From the NCBI GenBank assembly GCA_016205975.1, contig JACQSK010000015.1, positions 10,624-74,623 of the forward strand: a DNA stretch of 64,000 bases, read 5' to 3'. Below, piece after piece: positions 1-9,855 of this stretch. This DNA is from Candidatus Uhrbacteria bacterium (GTDB taxonomy: Bacteria > Patescibacteriota > Patescibacteriia > UBA9934 > GWF2-40-263). The translations under genes and the position numbers were made by a program. How positions within the stretch are numbered: position 1 is the first letter of the stretch; every line of letters begins with the position of its first letter. Below the pieces are notes generated by a model that was given only the letters and a program-made list of their open reading frames with translations, was not told where the DNA came from and made no database searches.

Positions 1-2
1 TG

Positions 3-743
3 AAAAAAATCAAGTCGACCGATTCGTCCTTGAAGGCGACGGAGGAAGTGGCGTCTATAAAGGTAACAAAGAGCGCAGAAGGCGCAGAGGGCGCAGAGGG
101 AGGAAAGGAAATTGTGAATTTGATTATCCGCGCGGACGTGCTGGGATCCTTGGAGGCCATCTTGGGCATGCTCGACAAGATTCATCACGAGGCCGTGGGG
201 GTGCGTGTGATCCAGAAAGGCTTGGGGAACATCACGGACGCAGACGTGAATACGGCTGAAGCGAGTCAGGCGATTCTGATGGGCTTCAATGTGAAGCCCA
301 GCGGCGGCGCGCAGGACTTGGCGCGCGACAAGGGCGTGGACGTGCGCGAGTACAAAATTATCTATAAACTGTTTGAGGACGTCGTGGAGGAGCTCAAGAA
401 GCGCGTGCCCTCCGAGACGGTCATCCATGAGCAGGGGCACTTCGTGGTCATGAAGAACTTCCGCAAGAGCGATCACGGATGGATCATCGGCGGGCGCGTG
501 AAGGGTGAGAAGATTTTGCCGGGGGCGAAACTTCGCTTGTCGCGTGGCGGCGAGTATATCGGCGAGGGAGTCGTGAAATCGCTACAGCTTGGGAAGGCCG
601 AGATGAAAGACGCACAGCCGGGACAGGAATGCGGGATGCTCTATGACGGCAAGATCAAACCGGAGGAAGGAGACATCTTGGAGGCGTACAGCGAAGAGCG
701 TAAAATACAATCATTCAAAATTGAAGGCGTCCATTTGCGATAA
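3..743 (+). CDS. infB: Translation initiation factor IF-2, C-terminal part (5'-truncated by window)
   Basis: Open frame from position 3; IF2 domain III/IV motifs LIIRADVLGSLEAI, GNITDADV, ILMGFNV, YKIIYKL, GQECG. Confidence 0.95.
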   Translation, partial: KKIKSTDSSLKATEEVASIKVTKSAEGAEGAEGGKEIVNLIIRADVLGSLEAILGMLDKIHHEAVGVRVIQKGLGNITDADVNTAEASQAILMGFNVKPSGGAQDLARDKGVDVREYKIIYKLFEDVVEELKKRVPSETVIHEQGHFVVMKNFRKSDHGWIIGGRVKGEKILPGAKLRLSRGGEYIGEGVVKSLQLGKAEMKDAQPGQECGMLYDGKIKPEEGDILEAYSEERKIQSFKIEGVHLR

Positions 744-746
744 CCT

Positions 747-1064
747 ATGAGCGAGCTCACTCTGACCAATGATAATTTTGAAGCCGCCGTTCTTCAGGCG
801 CACAAGCCTGTGCTAGTCGATTTTTGGGCACCCTGGTGCGGACCGTGCAAGGTCATGGGCCCAGTGGTCGAAGCACTGGCTCGCGACGTCGAAGAGATCG
901 TCGTGGGCAAGGTGAACGTGGACGAAAATAGCGAGATCGCGCAGAAGTACAACATCCTTTCCATCCCGACGTTTATGATCTTCAAAGGCGGCCAGGTCGT
1001 GGAACAGTTTTCCGGCTCCATGAGCCATGACCAGCTGCGCGCGAAAGTTGAGAAGTATTTGTGA
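747..1064 (+). CDS. trxA: Thioredoxin
   Basis: VLVDFWAPWCGPCK active site, 105 aa. Confidence 0.97.
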   Translation: MSELTLTNDNFEAAVLQAHKPVLVDFWAPWCGPCKVMGPVVEALARDVEEIVVGKVNVDENSEIAQKYNILSIPTFMIFKGGQVVEQFSGSMSHDQLRAKVEKYL

Positions 1065-1999
1065 ACACAGAAAACCTCATTATCATCGGCTCGGGCCCGG
1101 CGGGCTACACGGCGGCGATTTATGCGGCGCGAGCGGAGTTGAAGCCGCTGTTGTTTGAGGGCGAGCGTCTGGGAGGCAATCCCGGGGGCCAGCTCATGCT
1201 CACCACGGACGTTGAAAATTTTCCTGGATTTCCAGACGGCTTGCTTGGGCCTGAGATGATGGAGAAGTTTAAGAAGCAAGCCGAGCGATTTGGCACGCGG
1301 ATTGTTTCCGAGGATGTAACCCGCGTGGATTTTTCAAAGACGCCCCTCAGCGTTCAGACGGCCAGCGGGGCCTATGCGGCTCATGCCGTCATCATTGCCA
1401 CGGGCGCCGGCGCCCTCTGGCTTGGCGTCCCGGGTGAGCAAACCTATCAAGGCCATGGCGTCAGTGCGTGCGCGACTTGCGACGGGTTCTTTTTTAAGGA
1501 TAAGCACGTGCTGGTCGTGGGCGGGGGAGACGCGGCCATGGAGGAGGCGACGTTTCTGACGAAGTTTGCGAGCCGAGTCACCGTCTTGGTACGCAAGGAC
1601 TCGCTGCGCGCTTCCAAGATCATGCAAGAGCGCGCGCAGAAAGACCCGAAGATTTCTTTTGCGTGGAACACGGAAGTGAAAGAAGTCTTGGGGGACGGAA
1701 AAAAGATGACCGGCGTGCGCGTGCTCAACAACAAGACGAACGAAGAAGGCGAGATGACGGCCGACGGTCTGTTTGTCGCGATCGGTCATAAGCCGAACTC
1801 AGAGATTTTTAAGGGTCAGATCGAGCTGGACGCGAAGGGCTATGTGGTGACGAAACCTGGCACGAGTGCCACGAGCGTCGAAGGCGTGTTCGCCGGCGGC
1901 GACGTCGCCGACTACCGCTATCGCCAAGCCGTTACGGCCGCAGGCACCGGCTGCATGGCAGCTCTGGACGCCGAGAAGTGGCTCGCCGCGCGGGAGTGA
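1061..1999 (+). CDS. trxB: Thioredoxin-disulfide reductase
   Basis: IIGSGPAGYTAAIY, SACATCDG redox motif, VVGGGDAA, GVFAGGDV; GTG start overlaps trxA stop. Confidence 0.97.
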   Translation: MNTENLIIIGSGPAGYTAAIYAARAELKPLLFEGERLGGNPGGQLMLTTDVENFPGFPDGLLGPEMMEKFKKQAERFGTRIVSEDVTRVDFSKTPLSVQTASGAYAAHAVIIATGAGALWLGVPGEQTYQGHGVSACATCDGFFFKDKHVLVVGGGDAAMEEATFLTKFASRVTVLVRKDSLRASKIMQERAQKDPKISFAWNTEVKEVLGDGKKMTGVRVLNNKTNEEGEMTADGLFVAIGHKPNSEIFKGQIELDAKGYVVTKPGTSATSVEGVFAGGDVADYRYRQAVTAAGTGCMAALDAEKWLAARE

Positions 2000-2000
2000 T

Positions 2001-3191
2001 ATGGCTCTGCACCCGGACGTGAAAAAGTATTATGTCTTCCGTGCGCTCTTGAAGCGTTTCATTCTCCCTATTCTTGTCCTGTACGGACTGGATCGCGGAC
2101 TCACGCTGAGCGAACTGTCGCTCATCGCCGCGGTCGGGTCCGTTCTTTCGTTTGTGCTGGAGGTTCCCAGCGGCGCGCTCGCGGATCGCTTTGGCCACAG
2201 ACGGGCGCTCGTCCTGTCCATGTTCGGCCAGGCGCTCTCGATGTTTCTGTATCTGGGCGGCTCATTTTGGTGGATCCTCCTTGGGACCACAACCTACTTC
2301 GGGTTCAGCACGCTCATGACCGGCACAGCCGAGGCCTTTTTCTATGAACGCGTAAAACAGCTTGACCTCACCGATCAGCACGCCAAGCTCTACGGCGCGG
2401 GGAAAGGGTTCGCCACGGGCGTGAGCATTCTCTCCATGCTCTTGGCCGGCGTTTTTTATGAGATCGCTTGGGAGCTCCCATTTGTGATCGGCATTCTGCA
2501 ATTTCTCGTTGCGGCATGGGTGATTTCCTCCATGGGGAACACGCACGACGAGATCTCGGTTCAAAAAAAGGAGGCGAAGCAGACGACAATCCTCAGGCAC
2601 TTTTCATCGGCGTTTCATGAGGTGTGGAAGCGGCCAGAATTATTTTGGATGATCGTGGCAAGCGCGCTCATCATGGGTCCGCTCTTTGCCGTGGGAGATT
2701 TTCAACAAGCGGTAATGAGCGACGTCGGTCTCTCTGCTTCCTTGATCGGAGTCGTCTATGCCATCAAGCGCGGCCTCTCTGTCCTCGTTCAAGGTTCGAC
2801 GCATCAGCTCATGAGGTTTATGCGTCCTCCCCTATTTCTTTTGGTGAGCGCCATGATCATGGTTGTCCATTACGTCGGAGTCGGCCTCATTGAGGATCCG
2901 TGGCTCATCCAAGCACCGCTCCTCATCGGTTCCCTCGCGTGGGTTGGATTGGAAATAGCCGTCAACGACTACATCAATCGTTCCACAGAAACGTCTTCGC
3001 GCGCCACGCTGCTCTCGATGAATAATTTTTTTCGCAGCCTCGTCTCGGTTTTTACGATCGCGCTGTTTGGCTTCATCACGACTCCTGCCCCTGCCGCGCA
3101 CGGGTTTCTCGTGTTGGGAATCGTCTTCTCCGTCCTGTTGGTCATTCCGCTCGTGATGCTATTCAGGCAGAAAAGAGCGTTCGTAAGTTGA
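2001..3191 (+). CDS. MFS transporter
   Basis: LEVPSGALADRFGHRR (MFS motif A), about 12 hydrophobic segments; ATG 2001 chosen because it follows the trxB stop. Confidence 0.9.
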   Translation: MALHPDVKKYYVFRALLKRFILPILVLYGLDRGLTLSELSLIAAVGSVLSFVLEVPSGALADRFGHRRALVLSMFGQALSMFLYLGGSFWWILLGTTTYFGFSTLMTGTAEAFFYERVKQLDLTDQHAKLYGAGKGFATGVSILSMLLAGVFYEIAWELPFVIGILQFLVAAWVISSMGNTHDEISVQKKEAKQTTILRHFSSAFHEVWKRPELFWMIVASALIMGPLFAVGDFQQAVMSDVGLSASLIGVVYAIKRGLSVLVQGSTHQLMRFMRPPLFLLVSAMIMVVHYVGVGLIEDPWLIQAPLLIGSLAWVGLEIAVNDYINRSTETSSRATLLSMNNFFRSLVSVFTIALFGFITTPAPAAHGFLVLGIVFSVLLVIPLVMLFRQKRAFVS

Positions 3192-3220
3192 CATAGAATT
3201 GAACGTCAAATAATATGTCA
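3188..3220 (+). promoter_or_regulatory. Sigma70-type promoter with operator inverted repeat for the TA operon
   Basis: TTGACA(3188-3193)-17 bp-TAATAT(3211-3216); inverted repeat TGACATA(3189-3195)/TATGTCA(3214-3220); ATG at 3225, near-leaderless. Confidence 0.7.
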
Positions 3221-3224
3221 GCAT

Positions 3225-3500
3225 ATGTATCCTATTCCACGCACCTTTTCGACCAGGGACCTCCAGAGACAGTATCGTTCCATTATTGATTCAGCCAAGC
3301 AGACAAAAGAGGCCGTCGTGCTCATCAACAACAGCACACCCGAGGCGGTCTTGCTGGATGTAGAAACGTACAACCAGCTTGTCCAGGACGACTATGCGTG
3401 GGACGAATCTTTTGTTCTCAAACAAGTAGCGCAGGCAAACAAATCATCGCGCGGAGGCAAATCCAAAAAACTGACCTCCTGGGGCGATCTTGACGACTAA
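3225..3500 (+). CDS. Phd/YefM-family antitoxin
   Basis: STRDLQRQYRSIID...AVVLINNSTPEAVLLDVETY matches the Phd fold; directly upstream of a RelE-like toxin. Confidence 0.85.
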   Translation: MYPIPRTFSTRDLQRQYRSIIDSAKQTKEAVVLINNSTPEAVLLDVETYNQLVQDDYAWDESFVLKQVAQANKSSRGGKSKKLTSWGDLDD

Positions 3501-3503
3501 GCT

Positions 3504-3773
3504 ATGCCGGTCGTCATTCTATACACGCCGGAGTTTAAACGTGATTACAAAAAACTTTCAGGAGCGTTGCAAGAGTTGCTTAAGAAAAAAGGACGCGTTT
3601 TTGAGATCGAGCCATTTCATCCACTCCTGCGCACGCACAAACTTTCAGGGAAACTCCGTGACCTCTGGTCATTTTCTTTGGATTATCGCTGTCGCGTGAT
3701 TTTTCATTTTCGAGGTCAGGGTGAAGTTGAACTCCTGCGCGTTGGCGACCATTCGATTTATCGAAAGAAGTAG
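3504..3773 (+). CDS. RelE/YafQ-family mRNA interferase toxin
   Basis: YTPEFKRDYKKL...LRTHKLSGKL..WSFSLDYRCRVIF...VGDHSIY. Confidence 0.88.
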   Translation: MPVVILYTPEFKRDYKKLSGALQELLKKKGRVFEIEPFHPLLRTHKLSGKLRDLWSFSLDYRCRVIFHFRGQGEVELLRVGDHSIYRKK

Positions 3774-3814
3774 CGGACGAAAGACGACAGGATCAACTGA
3801 AAGCGGGAGATTTT

Positions 3815-4378
3815 TTGGCCACGCGTGCGTCTCTTGCTTTTTTTTCAGATGAGGTGTATCACAGGCTCACAGAGTCATCCTCTCTGTTCCACCATTTCCT
3901 TCCGAGGTCAACCGTGTCTTCACAAGACGACCGTGTGTCACCAGACACGTGGCTCGATCGGTGGGGACACCCTATCCTCTGGATGGGTCCCTACATCGCG
4001 ATCGTGTCACTCCTTGCTTGGACCCCGCGCTTGGCGCCTCTGCTCCTGGGCGTCGAGCTCGTGCAGTTCACCGTGCACGTGCAAGCTCGCCATGTGTCCC
4101 ACCCCATGGCTCCTGTCTCGTTTCTGTTCATGGCCCTAGGAGCCGCGATCGTCGTCCTGGGATCGCTCGTGTTCCCTCTCATCTGGGCGAGCGCCCTGCT
4201 CGTCGTGAGCCAGGTGCTGTTCAGCCAGAGCGTGCACGTGAACACCCATGGTCCCGCACCCCGATGGCTCTGGTACCAGCCCGTCATGTATACACTCGTC
4301 AGCCTCTACGCTCTTTGGGGCATGGCCGGCACGACCTACGTCCCTGGTCACCCATCCCTGCGAGGCTTCCTGCTCTAG
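3815..4378 (+). CDS. Hypothetical membrane protein (true start probably a downstream GTG near 3914-3935)
   Basis: Several hydrophobic helices; fills the gap between the TA pair and gdhA; no recognisable family. Confidence 0.55.
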   Translation: MATRASLAFFSDEVYHRLTESSSLFHHFLPRSTVSSQDDRVSPDTWLDRWGHPILWMGPYIAIVSLLAWTPRLAPLLLGVELVQFTVHVQARHVSHPMAPVSFLFMALGAAIVVLGSLVFPLIWASALLVVSQVLFSQSVHVNTHGPAPRWLWYQPVMYTLVSLYALWGMAGTTYVPGHPSLRGFLL

Positions 4379-4423
4379 ACCGAGCAGGATTTTTTTGCAA
4401 AATGGAAACGGAAGCCCTATCCT

Positions 4424-5653
4424 ATGAGCACTATGCCAACGCCATTTGAACACGCCATGCATCAGCTCGCACGCGCCGCGTCGCTCGCTTCCTTCTCTCA
4501 AGATTTTCTTGAACGCGTCGCGCACCCCAACCGTCAGATCCGTGTTTCGATTCCGGTGAAGATGGACGACGGAAGCCTGAAGGTCTATGAGGGGTATCGC
4601 GTGCAGTTCAACAATGCGCGCGGGCCCTACAAGGGCGGCATCCGCTATCATCAAGAGACCGACATCGAGGAAGTGAAGGCGCTCGCGTTTTGGATGGCGC
4701 TCAAGTGCGCGGTCGTGAATATTCCGATGGGTGGAGGCAAGGGCGGCGTGAATGTAGATCCCAAGGGGCTCTCCAAGCGCGAGCTCGAGGCACTGTCGCG
4801 AGGGTGGATGCGCGCGCTCGTGGACGTCGTGGGACCGCAAAAAGATGTCCCCGCGCCCGACGTGAACACGACGCCTGAGATCATGGCGTGGATGGCCGAC
4901 GAGTTTGGCAAGGCAACAGGGGATACAAGCGGCGCGGTCATCACGGGGAAACCGTTGGAGGCTGGAGGGTCAGAAGGCCGTGGGACCGCGACCGCGCAAG
5001 GAGGGTTCTATGTGTTTGAAGCTCTGAGGGAGAGGCTCGGCCTTCCGGCGTCGTGTCGCGTGGCGATTCATGGATTCGGCAACGCGGGAGAGCACGCGGC
5101 TGACATTTGGAGCAAGGCCGGGCGCAAGGTCGTGGCCGTGTCGGACTCGAAGGCGTGCGTGCGTAACGATGATGGTTTGGATGTCGTCGCACTTGCTCGG
5201 CATAAAAAAGCAACAGGATCTGTCGGCGGGTTTGTCGGCGCCACGACGCTCGCTCCGGAAGAGGTCTTGTACGTCCCATGCGACCTCTTGATTCCAGCCG
5301 CTCTAGAAAATCAAATCCGCGCGGACAACGTTGCGCGTATCCAAGCCAAAGCGATCCTTGAACTTGCCAATGGTCCCACGACTCCGGAGGCAGACGACGC
5401 GCTTTTCGCGCGCGGTGTTCCCGTGGTGCCCGACATTCTGGCCAACTCCGGCGGCGTGACCGTCTCGACGTTTGAGTGGGAACAGAATCTCAAGGGCGAG
5501 CACTGGAGCGAGGCAGATGTTTTTGAGAAGTTAAAGGCGATCATGGTGCGCGAGGCCGACGGCATTTTTGTTCGCGCGCAGTCGCTCCAGAGTGATCTGC
5601 GCCGCGCCGCGTTCGTGGTTGCCCTTGAGCGGATCGAGTCGGCTATGGTTTAA
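4424..5653 (+). CDS. gdhA: Glu/Leu/Phe/Val dehydrogenase (glutamate dehydrogenase)
   Basis: RGPYKGGIRYH, GGGKGG, DVPAPDVNT, ITGKP, GFGNAG, ELANGPTT, PDILANSGGV. Confidence 0.93.
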   Translation: MSTMPTPFEHAMHQLARAASLASFSQDFLERVAHPNRQIRVSIPVKMDDGSLKVYEGYRVQFNNARGPYKGGIRYHQETDIEEVKALAFWMALKCAVVNIPMGGGKGGVNVDPKGLSKRELEALSRGWMRALVDVVGPQKDVPAPDVNTTPEIMAWMADEFGKATGDTSGAVITGKPLEAGGSEGRGTATAQGGFYVFEALRERLGLPASCRVAIHGFGNAGEHAADIWSKAGRKVVAVSDSKACVRNDDGLDVVALARHKKATGSVGGFVGATTLAPEEVLYVPCDLLIPAALENQIRADNVARIQAKAILELANGPTTPEADDALFARGVPVVPDILANSGGVTVSTFEWEQNLKGEHWSEADVFEKLKAIMVREADGIFVRAQSLQSDLRRAAFVVALERIESAMV

Positions 5654-5663
5654 TTGATCCGTT

Positions 5664-7979
5664 ATGCCCTACAACCATCAAGAGATTGAAAAGAAATGGC
5701 AGGATCGCTGGGAAGCGAGCGGGATTTTTCATGCGCATGACGGAGGCGAGAAACAGAAGTTTTACTGTTTGATCGAGTTTCCCTATCCGTCTGGTGCCGG
5801 CCTGCACATCGGGCATCCGCGCAGTTACACGGCGCTCGATGTCGTTGCGCGCAAGAGGCGTCATCAGGGGTATAACGTCTTGTACCCGATCGGTTGGGAT
5901 GCGTTTGGACTCCCGACCGAAAATTACGCGATCAAGCACAAACGCAAGCCGCAGGAGGTGACGCTCGAGAACGTCGCAACGTTCAGGCGCCAGCTCCAGT
6001 CGCTCGGGTTTTCTTTTGACTGGTCACGCGAAGTGAACACGACGGATCCCAGCTATTACAAGTGGACGCAGTGGATGTTCCTTCAGTTTTTCAAGGCCGG
6101 ACTTGCGTACAAGTCCAAACAGCCGATCAACTGGTGCCTGTCGTGCAAGATCGGACTCGCGAACGAGGAAGTCGTAAACGGGAAGTGCGAGCGCTGCGGG
6201 GGAGAGACGGAGAAGCGCGACAAGGAGCAGTGGATGATCGCGATTACGAAGTATGCGGAGCGACTCCTTGAAGATCTCGACGGGGTTGACTATCTCGAGA
6301 AGATCAAAACGCAGCAGCGCAACTGGATTGGAAAGAGCGAAGGCGCGGAGATTGATTTTGTGCTCAATGTCCCAGGGCAAGAATCAGGCAAACAGAAGGT
6401 GACCGTCTTTACCACGCGCGCGGACACTATTTTTGGCGCGACGTTCTTGGTGATCTCGCCGGAGGTCGCCAAGCAGTGGATCGATGTCGGTTGGGTGGCG
6501 CCAGCGTCCGTGCGTGAGTATGTGCAGGAGGCGCTCTCTCGCGCCGAGATGGAACGTGCAGCCGAAGGCAAAGAGAAGACAGGCGTGGACACTCAAATCG
6601 TCGCGATCCATCCTGCCAACGGAAAAGCAATCCCCGTGTGGGTCGCCGATTACGTCTTAGGGAGTTACGGGACAGGGGCGATCATGGCTGTCCCTCAGCA
6701 CGACGAGCGTGACCGAGCGTTTGCCGAGCAGTTCCGTTTACCGATCGCGGACGAGCCGCTTGCGGCTGTTGATGAAGTCGTGGAGAAAGTCGGTGGAAAA
6801 AAAACCGTGAAGTACAAACTCCGCGACTGGGTGTTTTCGCGACAGCGCTACTGGGGTGAACCGATCCCGCTTGTGTGGTGTGAGAAACATCAGTGGGTCG
6901 CGGTACCCGATGAGCAACTTCCTGTTGTCCTGCCAGAGGTCGAGAAGTACGAACCGACCGATACGGGAGAGTCACCGCTTGCCGCGATGACCGACTGGGT
7001 CAACACGACCTGTCCGACGTGTGGCGGGCCAGCCCGTCGAGAGACGGACACGATGCCTAACTGGGCTGGTTCGAGTTGGTACTTTTTGCGCTACATCGAT
7101 GCACACAACGATCAGGCGTTCGCGTCGCGGGACAAGCTCAAGTATTGGATGCCGGTGGATCTCTACAACGGCGGCAATGAGCACACGACACTTCACCTGC
7201 TGTACTCCCGATTCTGGAACAAGTTTTTATTCGACCAAGGCCACGTCCCAACCAGTGAGCCGTATGCGCGCCGCCACAGCCACGGACTCGTGCTTGCAAG
7301 CGACGGGATCAAGATGAGCAAGTCCAAAGGAAACGGTGTGGATCCAGATGAGATCATCACCCAGTATGGCGCCGACGCCCTGCGCATGTATATCCTTTTC
7401 ATGGGTCCGTTTGAGGAGCCGGTGCCGTGGAGTTTGAACGGGCTTATCGGCGTGCGCCGATTTTTGGATAAGGTTGAGCGGTATGTACAAGCATGGGTCC
7501 CATCGGACCATGATGGCCTATCTGGCGCAGGTCTCTTAGAGCGCAGTCTTAAGAAAATCTCCGACGACATCGAAAGTTTTAAGTTCAACACAGCCGTGTC
7601 CGCCTTCATGTCGCTCTTCAATGCGATCGCCGTGAGTCACATCACGCGCGAGCAGCTCAAAAAGATTCTCGTCGTGCTTGGACCGTTCGCTCCGCACCTC
7701 GCCAACGAGTGCTGGGAGAAAATAGGCGAGGGCGGACTCGTCGAGGAACAGGCCTGGCCAGAGTTCGACGCGCGCCTTTTGGTTCAAGACGAAATCGAAA
7801 TAGCGGTGCAGGTGAACGGCAAAGCGCGCGCAACGATTCAAATCTCACCCAACGCTGACGAAGCCGCGGCCAAACAACTCGCGCTCGCACAAGAGAAAGT
7901 CCAGAAGCACCTGGAAGGCAGGGAGATCGTGCAGATCATCTACGTGCCAGGTCGGATTTTGAACATCGTCATCAAGTGA
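5664..7979 (+). CDS. leuS: Leucine--tRNA ligase
   Basis: FPYPSGAGLHIGH, GWDAFGLP, editing-domain FTTRADT, KMSKS, C-terminal VQVNGK. Confidence 0.97.
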   Translation: MPYNHQEIEKKWQDRWEASGIFHAHDGGEKQKFYCLIEFPYPSGAGLHIGHPRSYTALDVVARKRRHQGYNVLYPIGWDAFGLPTENYAIKHKRKPQEVTLENVATFRRQLQSLGFSFDWSREVNTTDPSYYKWTQWMFLQFFKAGLAYKSKQPINWCLSCKIGLANEEVVNGKCERCGGETEKRDKEQWMIAITKYAERLLEDLDGVDYLEKIKTQQRNWIGKSEGAEIDFVLNVPGQESGKQKVTVFTTRADTIFGATFLVISPEVAKQWIDVGWVAPASVREYVQEALSRAEMERAAEGKEKTGVDTQIVAIHPANGKAIPVWVADYVLGSYGTGAIMAVPQHDERDRAFAEQFRLPIADEPLAAVDEVVEKVGGKKTVKYKLRDWVFSRQRYWGEPIPLVWCEKHQWVAVPDEQLPVVLPEVEKYEPTDTGESPLAAMTDWVNTTCPTCGGPARRETDTMPNWAGSSWYFLRYIDAHNDQAFASRDKLKYWMPVDLYNGGNEHTTLHLLYSRFWNKFLFDQGHVPTSEPYARRHSHGLVLASDGIKMSKSKGNGVDPDEIITQYGADALRMYILFMGPFEEPVPWSLNGLIGVRRFLDKVERYVQAWVPSDHDGLSGAGLLERSLKKISDDIESFKFNTAVSAFMSLFNAIAVSHITREQLKKILVVLGPFAPHLANECWEKIGEGGLVEEQAWPEFDARLLVQDEIEIAVQVNGKARATIQISPNADEAAAKQLALAQEKVQKHLEGREIVQIIYVPGRILNIVIK

Positions 7980-7980
7980 T

Positions 7981-9175
7981 ATGTCTGAGCAGCCACGCTC
8001 GTTTCAGGAATACCATACGAAGCGGTTTGCCGCGCCCGAGCTTCCATTGCCGGAGCGCCAACCGGTCCGCGAGGAGTCGGATGGAATGAAGGTCTTTCAG
8101 GCGCATCCTCCTGAGGCGTATATCGCGCATCTTGAGCGCGTGCAGGGAGAAGGGGCGGTTGAGGCCTTTCAACAAGTTCTCTCCGTGGCTCGTAGCATTC
8201 AAGGAGCCGGTGGGCGGGCGCTGCTTGTCGGTGGGTCTGTTCGCGACGAGGTGCTCGGGATGCCTTCAAAAGATTTCGACATCGAAGTCTACGGGATCGA
8301 GCCGTCCAAGCTTGAGTTGCTTTTGGCGCGATGTGGCCGCGTGGATTCTGTGGGCCGGGCGTTCGGGATCCTCAAGTTGGTTTCAACGGATGGGTTAGAT
8401 TTGGACTTCTCCATTCCCCGTCGTGATTCTAAAGTGGCGGAAGGTCATAAGGGTTTTGACGTGAACATGGATCCAGACATGAGTATCCTGGAAGCCGCCC
8501 GAAGGAGAGACTTAAGGGGTTCGTCATCGCCATCTCATGTACGCCGCGCTCTGCCACGATCTCGGCAAACCTCTCACGACGAAGTTTGAAGACGGACGAT
8601 TGCGTTCCAAGGCGCACGAGCCTGCCGGGGAGGAGCCGACCCGAACGCTATTGGCGCGGTTGGGAGTGAAAAAAGAAGAGATCGATGGGATCGTTGGTTT
8701 GGTGAAAGAACATCTCTGGCCGGGAGTGACCTACCGCGCGTTCCAGAAAGGGGAAAAGGTGACCGAAGGCGCTTTCCATCGTCTTGCCAAGCGTCTTGCT
8801 CCCGCCACCATTGAAGATCTGACGTACGTCATGGAGGCGGACGCCGGAGGACGCGGCCCGTTTCTTCATCCAGATTTGCCAGACCAACTTCTGCTGCCGT
8901 TCCCAGACCAAGCGGGCGCGTGGACGCGAGAGCAAGCTCGAGCGTTTGGCGTAGACCGGACAAAGCCGGCGCCCGTCCTTCAGGGTCGAGATCTATTAGG
9001 ACTCGGGTTGAAAGCGGGAACGGCGTTTGGTGAGATCATCGCCCTTGCAGAAGAGCTTCGCGATCGTGGGGTCACAAGAGAACAGATTTTGTTGCGGCTC
9101 GATGGGGTGGCTGGGAGTGACGAAGCGAAACAACGCTTAACGAAAGAGTATGAGCAAAGTGCCGATCAAGGCTAA
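7981..9175 (+). pseudogene. Class II CCA-adding enzyme / poly(A) polymerase family with HD domain, internally deleted and frameshifted
   Basis: 7981-~8512 has LVGGSVRD...KDFDIEV (motif A) and RRRD (motif B); another frame from ~8516 has AALCHDLGKP (HD) and a GRDLLGLGLKAG tail; motifs C-E including EDxxR are absent. Confidence 0.8.
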
Positions 9176-9719
9176 AAAAGTTTTTGACGGCGTGATCTTC
9201 GACGTCTACCAGTGGCCTCAGAAAATGTTCGACGGGACTGAGCAGACGTTCGAGCGGCTCAAACGTCAGGACACGGCAGAGATGATCGTCACCCAGGGTG
9301 ATCGCATCTTGATTCAGGCGGAAGAGCAGCCGGATCGCGCGCCGTTCCTCACGTTTCCCGGCGGGAGAGTCGAGGACAGGGAAGAGCCGCTTGCGGCCGC
9401 CAAGCGGGAACTCCTGGAGGAGACGGGTTTTGTTTCAGATGCATGGACATTGCATCAGGCCGTGATGCCCTTGGTAAAAATCGACTGGACGGTTTATCTG
9501 TTCATCGCCCAAGAAGCGCGTCAGGTGCAAGAACCGCATCTGGACGCGGGGGAAAAGATTTCTGTGCGGTGGGTGACGTTCGATGCATTTCTCGATCTCG
9601 CTGACTCGGGGGAGCTCACGTACTTTCTCGAACCGTTCCGCACCGAGCTCGTCCGCGCCAAGTATCACGCCCCGAGTCGGGAGGCGTTGCGGCGAAAATT
9701 ATTCACAGAATCGCCTTGA
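9150..9719 (+). CDS. NUDIX hydrolase
   Basis: Nudix box PGGRVEDREEPLAAAKRELLEETG. Confidence 0.93.
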   Translation: MSKVPIKAKKVFDGVIFDVYQWPQKMFDGTEQTFERLKRQDTAEMIVTQGDRILIQAEEQPDRAPFLTFPGGRVEDREEPLAAAKRELLEETGFVSDAWTLHQAVMPLVKIDWTVYLFIAQEARQVQEPHLDAGEKISVRWVTFDAFLDLADSGELTYFLEPFRTELVRAKYHAPSREALRRKLFTESP

Positions 9720-9744
9720 CGCTCAATTCGTTTTGTGATGGAAT
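9716..9744 (+). promoter_or_regulatory. Possible promoter for the leader plus tRNA-like transcript
   Basis: TTGACG(9716-9721)-17 bp-TGGAAT(9739-9744) preceded by TG; the -10 is imperfect. Confidence 0.4.
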
Positions 9745-9783
9745 AGGTCTAGGCAGGTGAGGGTTTCCCTTCATTCTGTTGTC

Positions 9784-9840
9784 AAATAAATTCCTCCAAC
9801 TAAAAGGCCGCTTGGTCTTTGGCGTTGGGGGTTTTTATTT
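9784..9840 (+). terminator. Long hairpin with U-rich tail (terminator/attenuator-like) upstream of the tRNA
   Basis: AAATAAA/TTTATTT, CCTCCAAC/GTTGGGGG and AAAGGCC/GGTCTTT stems, then TTTTTATTT. Confidence 0.6.
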
Positions 9841-9855
9841 ATCCCGGATCAACAC

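Noticed and set aside
1866-2000. Long N-terminal extensions given by the ORF track (MFS, comEC, rpsL, rplC, rpsS, rpsN, rpsE, murA, recQ)
   Set aside because: They overlap upstream genes or promoters; downstream T-ATG starts fit family N-termini
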